NCBI GenBank assembly: GCA_964487135.1
Contig: CAZAOU010000001.1
Location: 8,542 to 72,541 of the forward strand
DNA length: 64,000 bases
Direction of reading: 5' to 3'
Source: an uncultured Candidatus Saccharibacteria bacterium
GTDB lineage: Bacteria; Patescibacteriota; Minisyncoccia; Phycocordibacterales; CAIRYW01
Numbering within the stretch: the stretch's first letter is position 1; every line of letters starts with the position of its first letter. Of this stretch, positions 1 through 9,898 are shown piece after piece. The notes below the pieces were generated by a model. That model made no database searches. It saw only the letters and a program-made list of their open reading frames with translations, and was not told the DNA's origin. The position numbers were made by a program, and so were the translations under genes.

Positions 1-150
1 ATTTTGGGCAGATTTTTTTTACAGATGCTTTTACTCTCATAATAAAAGCGGTTTATAACCGCGAAAAACTTTTTCTTATAACAAACGAAAAAGTAGGGAC
101 AATTGTACCAGAAGGCGCTTTTTAAGTCAAAGGCCCATTCTGGGGATTCT

Positions 151-366
151 CTACTTTCTTCTAATTATTCTTGCTTTTCCTCCGTAAGGATCCATTTCCA
201 TTTCAACTGTGTCACCAATGAGAACACGTATTCTATTTATTCTCATTTTGCCAGCTAGATACGCTAAAATTGGTTCTTCATTTCCTTCCACTTGAACTCT
301 AAAAAGAGTATTAGGCAGAGCTTCTATTACTAAACCAGATTTTATTTCTACTTCTTTATTTACCAT
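151..366 (-). CDS. infA: translation initiation factor IF-1
   Basis: 71 aa; S1-like motif ...LPNTLFRVQVEGNEEPILAYLAGKMR.NRIRVL.GD.V..E..PY... is typical of IF-1. Confidence 0.9.
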   Translation of the reverse strand: MVNKEVEIKSGLVIEALPNTLFRVQVEGNEEPILAYLAGKMRINRIRVLIGDTVEMEMDPYGGKARIIRRK

Positions 367-417
367 GTATCTTTAGGTGTACATTCAGAATACTAAAATA
401 AATAAACAAAATCAAGG

Positions 418-1710
418 TTATTTTATGTTTATCTCAATATCCGATGGCGAATCAGATACTTTTGATGACCAAAAAGGAGTAACTGTTATCTTTGCATTAT
501 TAACTGCTGCAATTTTTTTGATAGGTTCAAGAGCTTCAGACTTTCCTTTTCCAATTACAGACGAAAGGACTTTGTCTTTGTCTATATCAGCCGTTACTGT
601 AACAGTACCAGTTAAATCAATTTCTAAACCGTTGTCTGTTTCTGAAAAAGAGGTAGCTTTTAAATTTAATGATGATGCCTTAACGTTTCCTTCTCCTACA
701 GGCATTTTGTCTCTTGAAGAATAGAAAGAATAAATTGAACCAACATTTAGAGTAAATGCTTTTATTGAACCTTCAGCTTTTATTGTCGCACCCTCACTAT
801 TGTAGTCTGGTGGTAAGACTTCTACCGTTATTGTCCAAGCATTTTCTGGAACTATAAAGTTTTTAGGTGTTTCCTCTTTTATTTTTTTGATCAATATTTG
901 TTTTAAAGATTCTTCAATTTGTCCGTTGGCTTTTTTAAGATCCTCTTCTTTAACAACAGCGATTGTTCCCAATCCTCCACCTCCTATTGCGGTTTTTGAA
1001 CGAGCATATACAGAATTAAACTTATCTGTGCCTTTAAATCCAGGAATAGTGAAGTCTGTTAGACCCACATTGTATTGATTACCTGCTTTTTCAGCAAAGA
1101 TCGTTGCTTCAACACTTCCTGGAATTTTTTTGCCGTCCTTAGTTGTTTGTCCTGGAACCGTAACAGCTCTGTCTGTTTTAAATATCAAACCTTCTGGGGT
1201 TTCAAATCTCGTGCCAGCAACTAATTTTTGTGATGCTGTTCCGGAGTTGTTGTATATCACAATTTTGCCCGACGCTTTCTCAGAAATTTCTTTCTTTTCT
1301 CCTCCCTTTACTTGAATTTCAGTTTTATCTTTTAGAGTTATAGATGTATATAAAATTCCTTCACCATTTTTACCAGCATTTATTTTTCCAGTCATATCAA
1401 ATGGTATTTGTTTCGTCTCAATTGTTATGGTGGTTTTATTAAATAAAGCACTTCCTATAAGAAATAAAACAACTAAAGCCACGAAAGCAACTGCCCATAT
1501 TTTCCAGTTTCGGTTTCTATTTTTTTCGGTAAAAGAATAATCGGTAATATTATTTTCTTCTGGAGTTATTATTTTTCTTACCGGTATTGATGTTGATCCT
1601 CTTTCTCTGCGATCTTCTTTTTTTGAGGGTTCTTTTCCGGGTATAGGAATATTTCGTATCGTTCTTTCACTACTCTTATTAGTTACGATGTCTCTAACTT
1701 CTTTTTTCAT
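418..1710 (-). CDS. hypothetical membrane-anchored protein: basic N-terminus, one TM helix, large extracytoplasmic domain
   Basis: 430 aa ORF; hydrophobic segment WKIWAVAFVALVVLFLIGSALF; no recognisable catalytic motif. Confidence 0.4.
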   Translation of the reverse strand: MKKEVRDIVTNKSSERTIRNIPIPGKEPSKKEDRRERGSTSIPVRKIITPEENNITDYSFTEKNRNRNWKIWAVAFVALVVLFLIGSALFNKTTITIETKQIPFDMTGKINAGKNGEGILYTSITLKDKTEIQVKGGEKKEISEKASGKIVIYNNSGTASQKLVAGTRFETPEGLIFKTDRAVTVPGQTTKDGKKIPGSVEATIFAEKAGNQYNVGLTDFTIPGFKGTDKFNSVYARSKTAIGGGGLGTIAVVKEEDLKKANGQIEESLKQILIKKIKEETPKNFIVPENAWTITVEVLPPDYNSEGATIKAEGSIKAFTLNVGSIYSFYSSRDKMPVGEGNVKASSLNLKATSFSETDNGLEIDLTGTVTVTADIDKDKVLSSVIGKGKSEALEPIKKIAAVNNAKITVTPFWSSKVSDSPSDIEINIK

Positions 1711-1724
1711 TAAATCTAATTATA

Positions 1725-2894
1725 CTATATTTTTTTCAGTCCAACTTTTTCTAAACTGTTGATACCCATTATTGATAGTCCCATTTCTTCAGAAATTTCT
1801 TGGTCAGTTTCTTGTCTGGATATAAATTCCTTAAACATATTTGGTTCTATAAACACTAATTCGGGATCTTTTCCAAAACTTCCCTTACAATAAGGATCTT
1901 CAGCCACTACTTGCCACATTAATTGGGATTCAATACTGTTGCTCAAGACATATATACCCTCAACAGGCCCTTCTAAAAGACCTTCCCATATAACTTTTCT
2001 TATTGTTTCTATAAACGGGTCAATAGATTTAAGTAATTCATTTTTTATTTTGAGACTTTTTTCATCGTTCAATTTGTCATTAGCAAAGAGAGCAATAGCG
2101 CTTTTTGCATCCTCATATATCGGGCTTAGTGATTTATCCATGAGAATACGAATAAAATAATTTTTACCATAAGGAACCGAAGCGATCTTTTTTATTACTC
2201 CCTCTCTTATAAATAACATGTCTGCAACCTCGTGGTCAGGAATTAGCAGGAGGTAAGAATTTTTTTTGATTAGTTTTGATATTCCTAAAGATGAAAGACT
2301 TGTAATACTTTCGTAACGGATTTTGGTGTGAGGAAGGAATATCTCTATTATTTCACTGATTTTTTCTTTTAATTTTTTATCTACCACATTGGTTATGGCC
2401 TTAATTTCAACTTCTTGAGCTTTTTTGCCTTTAAGATCTTTGAGTTCATAACCGTTTGCAGTTACAGATATTATTGTCTGATCAACAATATCTGTGTTTT
2501 CGCTGTTTGGAACTTGGATAGAGATTGCTTCTAGTAATTCATTTTCTGAAATAATAAAAGGTTTGTCTTTTTTAATAACAGCATTAGTTTCTAGTGGTAT
2601 GTGCCATGGCGAACCAAGCACAAATCTAACGATGTCTGGTTTTAAGTCACTATCAGTTAGTTTTGTGGATATTATTTTTTCACCAACTCTTTTTAGAGTA
2701 GAAAGCATTCTTGTTTCTAGACGTTTAGCGTCTAGTTCTTCAAGAAAAACTGTTTCTTCATTCATTCCAAATATTATTTTTGGATTTTCACCCTCATAAA
2801 ATTTTACAAGAGATATATCAATTGCTCCACTTTCAGCAATTATTACTAACTCGTTTCTATTATTACTATTTTTTGAAGCAAAAAAAGACATCAC
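1725..2894 (-). CDS. hypothetical protein, possibly an actin-like ATPase fold (PilM/FtsA-like)
   Basis: 389 aa; N-terminal LVIIAESGAIDISLVKF resembles the first phosphate-binding strand of PilM/FtsA; weak. Confidence 0.3.
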   Translation of the reverse strand: MMSFFASKNSNNRNELVIIAESGAIDISLVKFYEGENPKIIFGMNEETVFLEELDAKRLETRMLSTLKRVGEKIISTKLTDSDLKPDIVRFVLGSPWHIPLETNAVIKKDKPFIISENELLEAISIQVPNSENTDIVDQTIISVTANGYELKDLKGKKAQEVEIKAITNVVDKKLKEKISEIIEIFLPHTKIRYESITSLSSLGISKLIKKNSYLLLIPDHEVADMLFIREGVIKKIASVPYGKNYFIRILMDKSLSPIYEDAKSAIALFANDKLNDEKSLKIKNELLKSIDPFIETIRKVIWEGLLEGPVEGIYVLSNSIESQLMWQVVAEDPYCKGSFGKDPELVFIEPNMFKEFISRQETDQEISEEMGLSIMGINSLEKVGLKKI

Positions 2895-2936
2895 CCATAT
2901 TTTAATATATGAGTGATAAAAACGATAGTCTTTTGT

Positions 2937-4694
2937 TTACTCTATTACAGCTTTAATTCGTCTAACTCCAGCCGAGACCGCTTCTTCTTTTTGGATTTTG
3001 AAAGTGCCCTTAAGCTCAGATGTATTTTTTACATGAGGACCACCACAAAATTCTTTTGAGTAAGCGTGGTCTAAATTTTCTCCTATAAAATAAACTGTAA
3101 CAGTATCGCCATATTTGTCTCCAAAAAAATGTAGAGCGCCAGTTTTCTCCGCTTCTTCTTTTGGTAGAGATTCAACTTGCACAGGCAGAGAATCTTTTAT
3201 TTTCTGATTGATTATCTCCTCAACCTTTTTCTTTTCTTCGTCAGTCATTTTGGCTGTGTGTGTAAAATCAAATCGCAGTCTTTCTGGAGTAATGTTGCTT
3301 CCCTTTTGGGTTACATGATTTCCCAAAACATCGCGGAGAGCTTGGTGAAGAAGGTGTGTTGCAGTGTGGTATTGAAGAGATTTTTCACTTGTGTCTCCCA
3401 GGCCTCCTTTAAATTTTTTTTCTGCGCCAGCGCGTGAAAGTTCTTGGTGTTTTTTAAATTCTTCCTCAAATTTTTGTTTATCAATTTTTTGTCCTCTTTC
3501 TATAGCAATTTCTTCTGTGAGTTCAATTGGAAAACCATAGCTGGTAAATAAAATAAAAGGATCAGTTCCTTTTTCAAACTCTCGTATTCCTTTTTCCAAG
3601 GTTTGTCTAAACTTCTGTTCCTCCTTATCGATCTCTGTTTTAATTGTTTCTTTTTTAGCTACCAATTCTCTATATACATCTTTGTATTTTTCTATAACCG
3701 TTTCTGCGATCCAAAAAAGCGCTCCGTGTTTCATGCCAAGCTTATCTGCGTGGCGCACCGCTCGCCTCAAAAGTCTTCTTAAAATGTATCCCTGATCTGT
3801 GTTAGATGGAGTTACGCCATCTCCTATCATAAAGACAGATGTTCTTATGTGATCTGCCACAATTCTTTTAGATTTTGTAAGAGAAGAATCTGTGCTTGAA
3901 GTAAATTCATCTATTTTTTCCATTATTGGCTTAAACAAATCCGTATCAAAAATATTATTTTTTTTCTGAAGCGCCATCGTAACTCTTTCAAGTCCTGATC
4001 CAGTATCAACATTTTTTGAACTTAATTTTCCAACAACTTTCCCATCTTTTTTTAGATACTCCATAAAGACATCGTTCCATATCTCAACTACCTGCTGTTT
4101 TTCGTCGGCAATCAAATATTCTTCTTTATTTAAATCACCCAAACCTTCTTCTGTTATGTCATAAAACATTTCTGTATCGGGTCCGCAAGGGCCATTGTCG
4201 CCAGCACTCCACCAATTGCTTTTTGCAGGCATAAAGTAAATTCGATTTTCAGGAATTCCAACTTTTTTCCAAATTTCAAAACTTTCTGTATCTTTTGGTG
4301 CGTTTTCATCTCCATCAAAACAAGTTATGTAAAGTCGTTTTGGATCAAGGGCAAAACCTTCTTTTGATGTAAGAAGTTCATAACTCCACTTAATCGCATC
4401 TTCTTTAAAATAATCTCCTAAAGACCAGTTTCCGAGCATTTCAAAAAAAGTATCGTGAGTGTTGTCGCCCACCTCATCTATATCCTGAGTTCTAACGCAT
4501 TTTTGAACATTCGCTATGCGTTTTCCTGCGGGATGTTTTTCGCCTAAAAGATATGGCACAAGAGGTTGCATGCCGGCAGTGTTAAAAAGTACAGAAGGAT
4601 CGTTTTCCGGCACAAGAGGAGCCGAAGGAATAATTGTGTGACCTCTTTTTGCAAAGAAATCTAAGAATTTTTGACGAATTTGTTCAGAATTCAT
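2937..4694 (-). CDS. alaS: alanyl-tRNA synthetase, short form lacking the C-terminal C-Ala domain
   Basis: N-terminal catalytic motifs FLDFFAKRGHTIIPSAPLVP.NDPSVLFNTAGM and VRTQDIDEVGDNTHDTFFEMLGNWSLGDYFK; editing-domain motif HTATHLLHQALR; start chosen at the internal MNSEQIRQKF, which matches AlaRS N-termini. Confidence 0.85.
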   Translation of the reverse strand: MNSEQIRQKFLDFFAKRGHTIIPSAPLVPENDPSVLFNTAGMQPLVPYLLGEKHPAGKRIANVQKCVRTQDIDEVGDNTHDTFFEMLGNWSLGDYFKEDAIKWSYELLTSKEGFALDPKRLYITCFDGDENAPKDTESFEIWKKVGIPENRIYFMPAKSNWWSAGDNGPCGPDTEMFYDITEEGLGDLNKEEYLIADEKQQVVEIWNDVFMEYLKKDGKVVGKLSSKNVDTGSGLERVTMALQKKNNIFDTDLFKPIMEKIDEFTSSTDSSLTKSKRIVADHIRTSVFMIGDGVTPSNTDQGYILRRLLRRAVRHADKLGMKHGALFWIAETVIEKYKDVYRELVAKKETIKTEIDKEEQKFRQTLEKGIREFEKGTDPFILFTSYGFPIELTEEIAIERGQKIDKQKFEEEFKKHQELSRAGAEKKFKGGLGDTSEKSLQYHTATHLLHQALRDVLGNHVTQKGSNITPERLRFDFTHTAKMTDEEKKKVEEIINQKIKDSLPVQVESLPKEEAEKTGALHFFGDKYGDTVTVYFIGENLDHAYSKEFCGGPHVKNTSELKGTFKIQKEEAVSAGVRRIKAVIE

Positions 4695-4702
4695 AGGTAA
4701 CA

Positions 4703-5053
4703 ATGTATCACAATTTATTGTATTATGTATACATGACAAACGAACTAGGAGCTTTGGGTTTTGATAGACCAAAACATGGTGACGGCATCAAACAAGAACA
4801 AATCGTTGAGGAATCTATTAAAGAATTAAAAGATTATCAAAAAATGCTTCTTACTAAGGGGGCTATCGCTAATTTAGGTGAGCCAGCTGACTCAAGTTCG
4901 ACTGAAAATTTATCTTACTTTGATATTCAAAAAAAGATTGAGGATTTGGTTATTTCAATTATAAATAAAGAAACTGTTCAGAGTTTATACGATCGCGCCG
5001 AGGTTTTAATAAAAAATTTGGAGAATAGTCGATCTATTGGAGATCAGGAATAG
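4703..5053 (+). CDS. hypothetical small protein
   Basis: 116 aa ORF in low-GC backbone; alternative start MTNELG at 4733. Confidence 0.3.
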   Translation: MYHNLLYYVYMTNELGALGFDRPKHGDGIKQEQIVEESIKELKDYQKMLLTKGAIANLGEPADSSSTENLSYFDIQKKIEDLVISIINKETVQSLYDRAEVLIKNLENSRSIGDQE

Positions 5054-5063
5054 CACGACTATA

Positions 5064-5561
5064 TTATTCAGTAAAATCGAAATTTATTGTCGGAGGAAGA
5101 ATAACTGTTGTTCCTGGAATTGTTGGTGTTGTGCCTGTTGCGTTAGTTACAGGTATCTCGTTTACACTTATTCCTGTATTTTGTCCCGAAATTTGAAAGC
5201 CTGTAATAGTTGTATTATTGGTTGAATTTTGTGAATTGTCGTTAATTGTTATTGGAGTGTTTGAAATAACGACACTACAGCTTTTGTTTTTTATAGATTC
5301 TCTGGTTTTTTTGTCCACCATTACAGAATTTCCAAGCCTATTATTTTTTTTAAAATTTGAAACAGCTACAGCGGTGTTTAGGTCAAATACTCCATTTATT
5401 CTAGAACCTAAAAATTTTTGAAGTTTTGTAACCTCACCTTTTGTTTTTTTGTCGCTAGTTCCGAGATTTAGATTATTTTTTAAGTCAGTGCAGGCAGCAA
5501 AAGAGGTTGCAGGTGCAAGCAAAACGAGTGTAAAAGCCAAAGATAATATTCTATTTTTCAT
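5064..5561 (-). CDS. secreted protein with a putative peptidoglycan-binding domain
   Basis: signal peptide MKNRILSLAFTLVLLAPATSFA; segment VTKLQKFLGSRINGVFDLNTAVAVSNFKKNNRL resembles a PG_binding_1 repeat. Confidence 0.45.
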   Translation of the reverse strand: MKNRILSLAFTLVLLAPATSFAACTDLKNNLNLGTSDKKTKGEVTKLQKFLGSRINGVFDLNTAVAVSNFKKNNRLGNSVMVDKKTRESIKNKSCSVVISNTPITINDNSQNSTNNTTITGFQISGQNTGISVNEIPVTNATGTTPTIPGTTVILPPTINFDFTE

Positions 5562-5584
5562 GTGTGCAATTATATCAAATTTAC

Positions 5585-5613
5585 TTGAAAAGTCAATATT
5601 ATTGTGCTATGGT
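5585..5613 (+). promoter_or_regulatory. sigma70-like promoter TTGAAA-17-TATGGT placed for a near-leaderless transcript of the 5622 ORF
   Basis: -35 at 5585-5590, 17-nt spacer, -10 at 5608-5613, ATG at 5622. Confidence 0.4.
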
Positions 5614-5621
5614 TTTGGGCG

Positions 5622-6044
5622 ATGCAAACAAAGCTCATTCAGCTCGTGATCGTGCTCGTCGCGATCTTCGCCCCTCTCTCTGGCCTCAATGCCCAGGAGG
5701 TGGAAAAACCAAAATCAACCCCACCCGTGAATCTTCTCAAGGACTCTGTCTCTGAGACAATACCTATCAGTGTTCTGTCTGAGGATGCCAACGGGTATGT
5801 CGTTCGTGAGATTTTTGTCATGCAAGGAAAGAGGTTGGCAGTTGTCCAGCGAATCGGTGTAATGAGCATCGATTTTTCGAGAAATAGTGTCTCGATTTCT
5901 CAGCTCGGCGAATGCCTCGTGGTCAAGGTTCCTTGGGGTATACCCGAAGAAGGCGAAAAAAAATTTACCGGCTTCATTAAGAAGGAAGGTGGAAAGATCG
6001 GAATGCTCTATCCGATTACAGGTGAAGTAACTTTCTACGAGTAG
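5622..6044 (+). CDS. secreted hypothetical protein encoded in GC-richer island A
   Basis: signal peptide MQTKLIQLVIVLVAIFAPLSGLNAQ; GC-rich codons unlike flanking genes; the track ORF begins at GTG 5604. Confidence 0.45.
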   Translation: MQTKLIQLVIVLVAIFAPLSGLNAQEVEKPKSTPPVNLLKDSVSETIPISVLSEDANGYVVREIFVMQGKRLAVVQRIGVMSIDFSRNSVSISQLGECLVVKVPWGIPEEGEKKFTGFIKKEGGKIGMLYPITGEVTFYE

Positions 6045-6048
6045 TTCC

Positions 6049-6071
6049 TCGGCTTCATGCCGATTTTTTTA
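6049..6071 (+). terminator. rho-independent terminator (cggc-ttcat-gccg followed by T7)
   Basis: hairpin immediately after stop codon 6042-6044, followed by a T-run. Confidence 0.4.
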
Positions 6072-6671
6072 TACAAAATTTTTTAAAACTTCAAAATCTT
6101 TTTTAAGAGTTTCTTTAAGGTGTTGGTTGTAGATTGCAGCGGCAGGATGATAAAAAGGAATTATTTTTATCTTTCCATAATTAGTGTTTGCTTCGTATTG
6201 TTTTCCGTGTGCAACAGAGATAGGTTCTATATCTAAAAACAGTCCAAATTTTTCCATGATGTATTGCATAGAAAATCTGCCTAATGTCGCAATAATTTTT
6301 GGTTGAATTATTTCTATTTGTTTATCTAAAAACGGTCCGTAAGAGGATATTTCTGTAGGGCTTGGATCACGATTTTCTGGGGGTCTGTCTTTTACAATAT
6401 TTGTTACATATACATCTTCTCGTTTTATTCCTGCATGTGCTAAAAGTTCATCTAAAAATTTTCCTGATGCGCCACAAAAAGGTTTTCCATTTTTAGCTTC
6501 GTTTTTGCCGGGAGCTTCGCCGATAAACATTATTTTAGAAAAATGACTTCCCTCGCCTATGACCGGAAAATAATTATTTTCTTTGCGAAATTTATATAAA
6601 GGCAAAAATTCTGCCACCAAAAGTTCATCGCGAATTTTTTTTAGTTCATTAAATCGCTCGTCTTTATTCAT
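6069..6671 (-). CDS. uracil-DNA glycosylase, family 4
   Basis: motifs FIGEAPGKNEAKNGKPFCGASGKFLDELL and HPAAAIYN are typical of the UDG family 4 / SPO1 pol-related group. Confidence 0.8.
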   Translation of the reverse strand: MNKDERFNELKKIRDELLVAEFLPLYKFRKENNYFPVIGEGSHFSKIMFIGEAPGKNEAKNGKPFCGASGKFLDELLAHAGIKREDVYVTNIVKDRPPENRDPSPTEISSYGPFLDKQIEIIQPKIIATLGRFSMQYIMEKFGLFLDIEPISVAHGKQYEANTNYGKIKIIPFYHPAAAIYNQHLKETLKKDFEVLKNFV

Positions 6672-6798
6672 CCCGTTAGAAATCAGAAATGTTAGACATT
6701 TCCAACCTTATACTAAGTTTTGCTAATAATACTTTATTTATACTCACTCTTATATTTTTTAACAAGTTCGTAACCGAACAATTTCTAACGGGATTCAT

Positions 6799-7233
6799 TT
6801 AAAATTTTTCGTAAACAATTTTTAAAACAGCATGACCATCTTTGATGATTGGAAGTTTGAGAGCTTCTTCTTTTGTAGCCCATTTGTATTCAGAATGTTT
6901 CTCATCTCGGAGTTTAATTTCTGGGATTTTATCTATTGGATATACAAAAATATCGTATTCAAAATCATATTCAGAATAACGCACATAAAAGCTTTCAATG
7001 AAAGACAACCTGTTTGATTCGAGATATAAACTTGTTTCTTCAAGCACTTCTCGTAACAATGCTTCTTCTTTCGACTCGCCTTCTTCTATTTTTCCTCCTG
7101 GCGCTTGCCACTTTTCTCCTTCAAATTTATTTTTGTTTCTTTTCAGTAATAAATGCTTATTTCCACAGACAATCAAGCATCCAACAGCTCTTAATTTAGG
7201 ATTAAAATCATCTGGTTTTTTATCTAGAATCAT
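6799..7233 (-). CDS. Nudix hydrolase
   Basis: Nudix box GGKIEEGESKEEALLREVLEETS. Confidence 0.8.
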   Translation of the reverse strand: MILDKKPDDFNPKLRAVGCLIVCGNKHLLLKRNKNKFEGEKWQAPGGKIEEGESKEEALLREVLEETSLYLESNRLSFIESFYVRYSEYDFEYDIFVYPIDKIPEIKLRDEKHSEYKWATKEEALKLPIIKDGHAVLKIVYEKF

Positions 7234-7748
7234 AAATAATTATTTTTATATTCTTTTATAAATGCAATATGCGCTCTCGTGTTAAAGCATGAGTGATAAG
7301 CATCAAAAGAGAGAGTGTGGAGTTGTTTCTCTAATATAGATAAAACCTCATCAATGTCATACCAAAAAACCTCTATTCCTTCCTCATCTTTTAATATTGT
7401 GGTTGGAGAGCCTTTATTACCAACAACCTTACAAACAAAGCCGTGAATTACTTGGTGGGTGCCATGCTTTGTTCTGAATTCGTCACTTACACCCAATTCT
7501 TGAAGTATTGAAACCTCACATCCAATTTCTTCTTTCATCTCTCTGTGTAATGCTTCTTCAAGCGATTCACCTTCCTCCACACCTCCTCCAGGAAGATGAA
7601 AGTTTTTTACACGGACTAAAGCTAATTTATTTTCTGAATCAAATACAAGAGCCTTAACCCTTGAAACCTCTTTATAGACTTCAGGTTCTGGTGTAAGAAG
7701 ATTTTCTGGAAAAATATCTTTATCGCTTTGCTGTAAGATTGTTTTCAT
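7230..7748 (-). CDS. Nudix hydrolase (second, adjacent)
   Basis: Nudix box GGGVEEGESLEEALHREMKEEIG; 4-nt overlap with the downstream Nudix gene. Confidence 0.8.
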   Translation of the reverse strand: MKTILQQSDKDIFPENLLTPEPEVYKEVSRVKALVFDSENKLALVRVKNFHLPGGGVEEGESLEEALHREMKEEIGCEVSILQELGVSDEFRTKHGTHQVIHGFVCKVVGNKGSPTTILKDEEGIEVFWYDIDEVLSILEKQLHTLSFDAYHSCFNTRAHIAFIKEYKNNYL

Positions 7749-8028
7749 GTTTTTTTTCTTGCAAAATAATCTGCTGTTTGTCTTTTCCTAGAAGACCGTT
7801 ATATTTTCCAATTTTTCCATTCCCTAGAATTACTCGGTGACACGGAATATTTTTGTCGGCATTATTTTTCATAATATTTCCAACGACTCTAAAGGCTTTT
7901 GGATTTTCGGCCTTCATTGCTACTTCTTTGTATGAAAGGGTTTTTCCTTTTGGAATTTTTGCAACAACTTTTAAAACTCTAGCCTTAAAAGAGTTTTCCT
8001 GGTTTTGGTTCTTTATTTTTTTTCTCAT
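7720..8028 (-). CDS. ogt: methylated-DNA--protein-cysteine methyltransferase (single-domain Ogt/MGMT-like)
   Basis: active-site motif IPCHRVI plus helix-turn-helix LSYKEVAMKAENPKAFRVVGNIMKNN; start taken at the internal MRKKIK; the longer ORF would overlap the upstream gene by 110 nt. Confidence 0.7.
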   Translation of the reverse strand: MRKKIKNQNQENSFKARVLKVVAKIPKGKTLSYKEVAMKAENPKAFRVVGNIMKNNADKNIPCHRVILGNGKIGKYNGLLGKDKQQIILQEKKHENNLTAKR

Positions 8029-8803
8029 CAATTTTTGCCTTAAAAATATTTTGTATTGATTTTCCAGCAAATTCTCTATATGCACAGAACTCACAACCTT
8101 CTCCAGATGCAGGCAATTCTTCGCTATCTAAGCAATTTTTTATATTTAAAAGAGTATCTTCTATCCAGTCTATCTTACCTTTATGTGCAATAAGAGTGAC
8201 GTCAAATTCTAATTTTCCGTCAAAAGCCTCCCTATCTGTTTGGCCGTTTACATAAACAAAATATCCTGTGTCGCTTACTTCAAAACCTTTTTGTCGCAGA
8301 AGCCACTGATAGATTTCCATCTGTCTTTGATACTGGTTTTGCCATTTTGTATCGCCCAAAGAATCCATTTTTCCGTCTTTGGCTGTGGCTTTGTAGTCAA
8401 CGACAATTAAATTATCATTTTTATCAATCCAAACATCATCAATCGCTCCGGTTATGAGCATGCCGGTCTTTTCATATTTATATTGAATTCCAACAAAATT
8501 TTCTCGCCATTTTTCTATTTCTTCATGATCAAACGGAACTGCATCAACTTTGTATTTTTGCATAAGAGGATGCTGGCTGTGTTTAGCTCGATGAATGTCA
8601 AATTCTTTTTTTAAGAGCGCATCAACAGCAATATTTAAAGTAAAAGCTGGACCTCTTGGACGAGACACTCCTAGTTTATTATCAAGATAAAAACATCTAG
8701 GACATTCCATAAAAAGGTCAATTTTCGATCTTGAGAGTTTCCAATTACTTCCGCCGTAATTCCAGTTAGCTCCTCTTATTTTTGGTTTTGATTCGTAGGC
8801 CAT
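7985..8803 (-). CDS. PD-(D/E)XK nuclease superfamily protein, Cas4/RecB-like, with a 4-Cys cluster
   Basis: nuclease core GAIDDVWIDKNDNLIVVDYKATAK (D...D-Y-K); N-terminal CPRC and C-terminal CEFC cysteines as in Cas4/AddB iron-sulfur nucleases; no CRISPR nearby. Confidence 0.5.
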   Translation of the reverse strand: MAYESKPKIRGANWNYGGSNWKLSRSKIDLFMECPRCFYLDNKLGVSRPRGPAFTLNIAVDALLKKEFDIHRAKHSQHPLMQKYKVDAVPFDHEEIEKWRENFVGIQYKYEKTGMLITGAIDDVWIDKNDNLIVVDYKATAKDGKMDSLGDTKWQNQYQRQMEIYQWLLRQKGFEVSDTGYFVYVNGQTDREAFDGKLEFDVTLIAHKGKIDWIEDTLLNIKNCLDSEELPASGEGCEFCAYREFAGKSIQNIFKAKIDEKKNKEPKPGKLF

Positions 8804-8809
8804 TGGGCT

Positions 8810-9898
8810 CTATTCTATCACGCCACCACCGAGGCAAACATCCTTGTCGTAAATAACAATTGACTGTCCGGAAGCAGAAGTTTGAGGCGTTTCAAAAGTA
8901 ACAAGCCATTTTGAACTCACCTTTTTTAATTTAACTTTTTGAAGTTTTTGGTGATACCTAATCTGAGCAGTATATATTTTATTTTCTTTTGGTTCTTCAT
9001 TAATCCAGTTTATCTTATCAATTAAAATTTCTTTTGATATATATTTTGATGTTTTGTTTAAGTTAGATTCATTACCAACAGTAATTGTGTTGTTTGTTAT
9101 ATCTTTTGAAATAACATAAAGACGCTCATCATTTGGACTTTTTTTGGTTACCGTAAAGCCATGTCTTTCACCTATTGTATAAAAAATGGCTCCGTCATGA
9201 TGACCAATTTCTTCGCCGTCAGAGTTGAACACTTTTCCAGATTTCGATTTTATCTGTTCTTTAAGAAATTTTTTCATATCAATATCGCCCAAAAAACAAA
9301 TTCCCTGACTATCTTTTTTTTCTGCGTTTGGAAGTTTTATTTTTTTAGCTATTTTTCTCACTTCAGATTTCTGTAAGTTTCCTATTGGAAATAGTATGTT
9401 TTTTAATTGCTCCTGAGTAAGAGTCCACAAAAAGTAACTTTGCTCCTTTTCTTTATCATCGGCTTTGCATAAAAAATATTGCCTGTTTTTTTCTATATTC
9501 TGCGCATAATGTCCCGTAGCAACAAAATCTGTCCCCATTTCTTTTGCCTTTTTAAGAAAACCTCCAAATTTTATTTCTTTATTGCACATTACATCTGGGT
9601 TTGGTGTTCTTCCAGCTTTATATTCTGAAATCATATAATCCGCGACATTTTTTTTGTATTCTTTTTCTAAATCAATTGTTACAAAAGGAATTTCTAAATG
9701 AGCCGCAACTCTCATAGCATCTCTCCTCTCCTCTTTCCAAGTACAAGGATATCCTTCAGGCATCCAAGTTTTTATAAAAGCCCCAACTACTTTGTAGCCA
9801 GCTTTTTTTAATAAATATGCAGATACAGCTGAATCAACACCTCCAGAGAGGCCAACAAAAACTGTTTTACTGCAGATATTTTCTTTTATTGGAAACAT
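8810..9898 (-). CDS. mnmA: tRNA-specific 2-thiouridylase MnmA
   Basis: PP-loop VFVGLSGGVDSAVSAYLL; C-terminal MnmA-like region; start chosen at MFPIKEN. Confidence 0.85.
   Translation of the reverse strand: MFPIKENICSKTVFVGLSGGVDSAVSAYLLKKAGYKVVGAFIKTWMPEGYPCTWKEERRDAMRVAAHLEIPFVTIDLEKEYKKNVADYMISEYKAGRTPNPDVMCNKEIKFGGFLKKAKEMGTDFVATGHYAQNIEKNRQYFLCKADDKEKEQSYFLWTLTQEQLKNILFPIGNLQKSEVRKIAKKIKLPNAEKKDSQGICFLGDIDMKKFLKEQIKSKSGKVFNSDGEEIGHHDGAIFYTIGERHGFTVTKKSPNDERLYVISKDITNNTITVGNESNLNKTSKYISKEILIDKINWINEEPKENKIYTAQIRYHQKLQKVKLKKVSSKWLVTFETPQTSASGQSIVIYDKDVCLGGGVIE

Noticed and set aside
377-724. 115-aa plus-strand ORF
   Set aside because: Lies entirely antisense inside the 430-aa minus-strand gene and has low-complexity composition; treated as spurious
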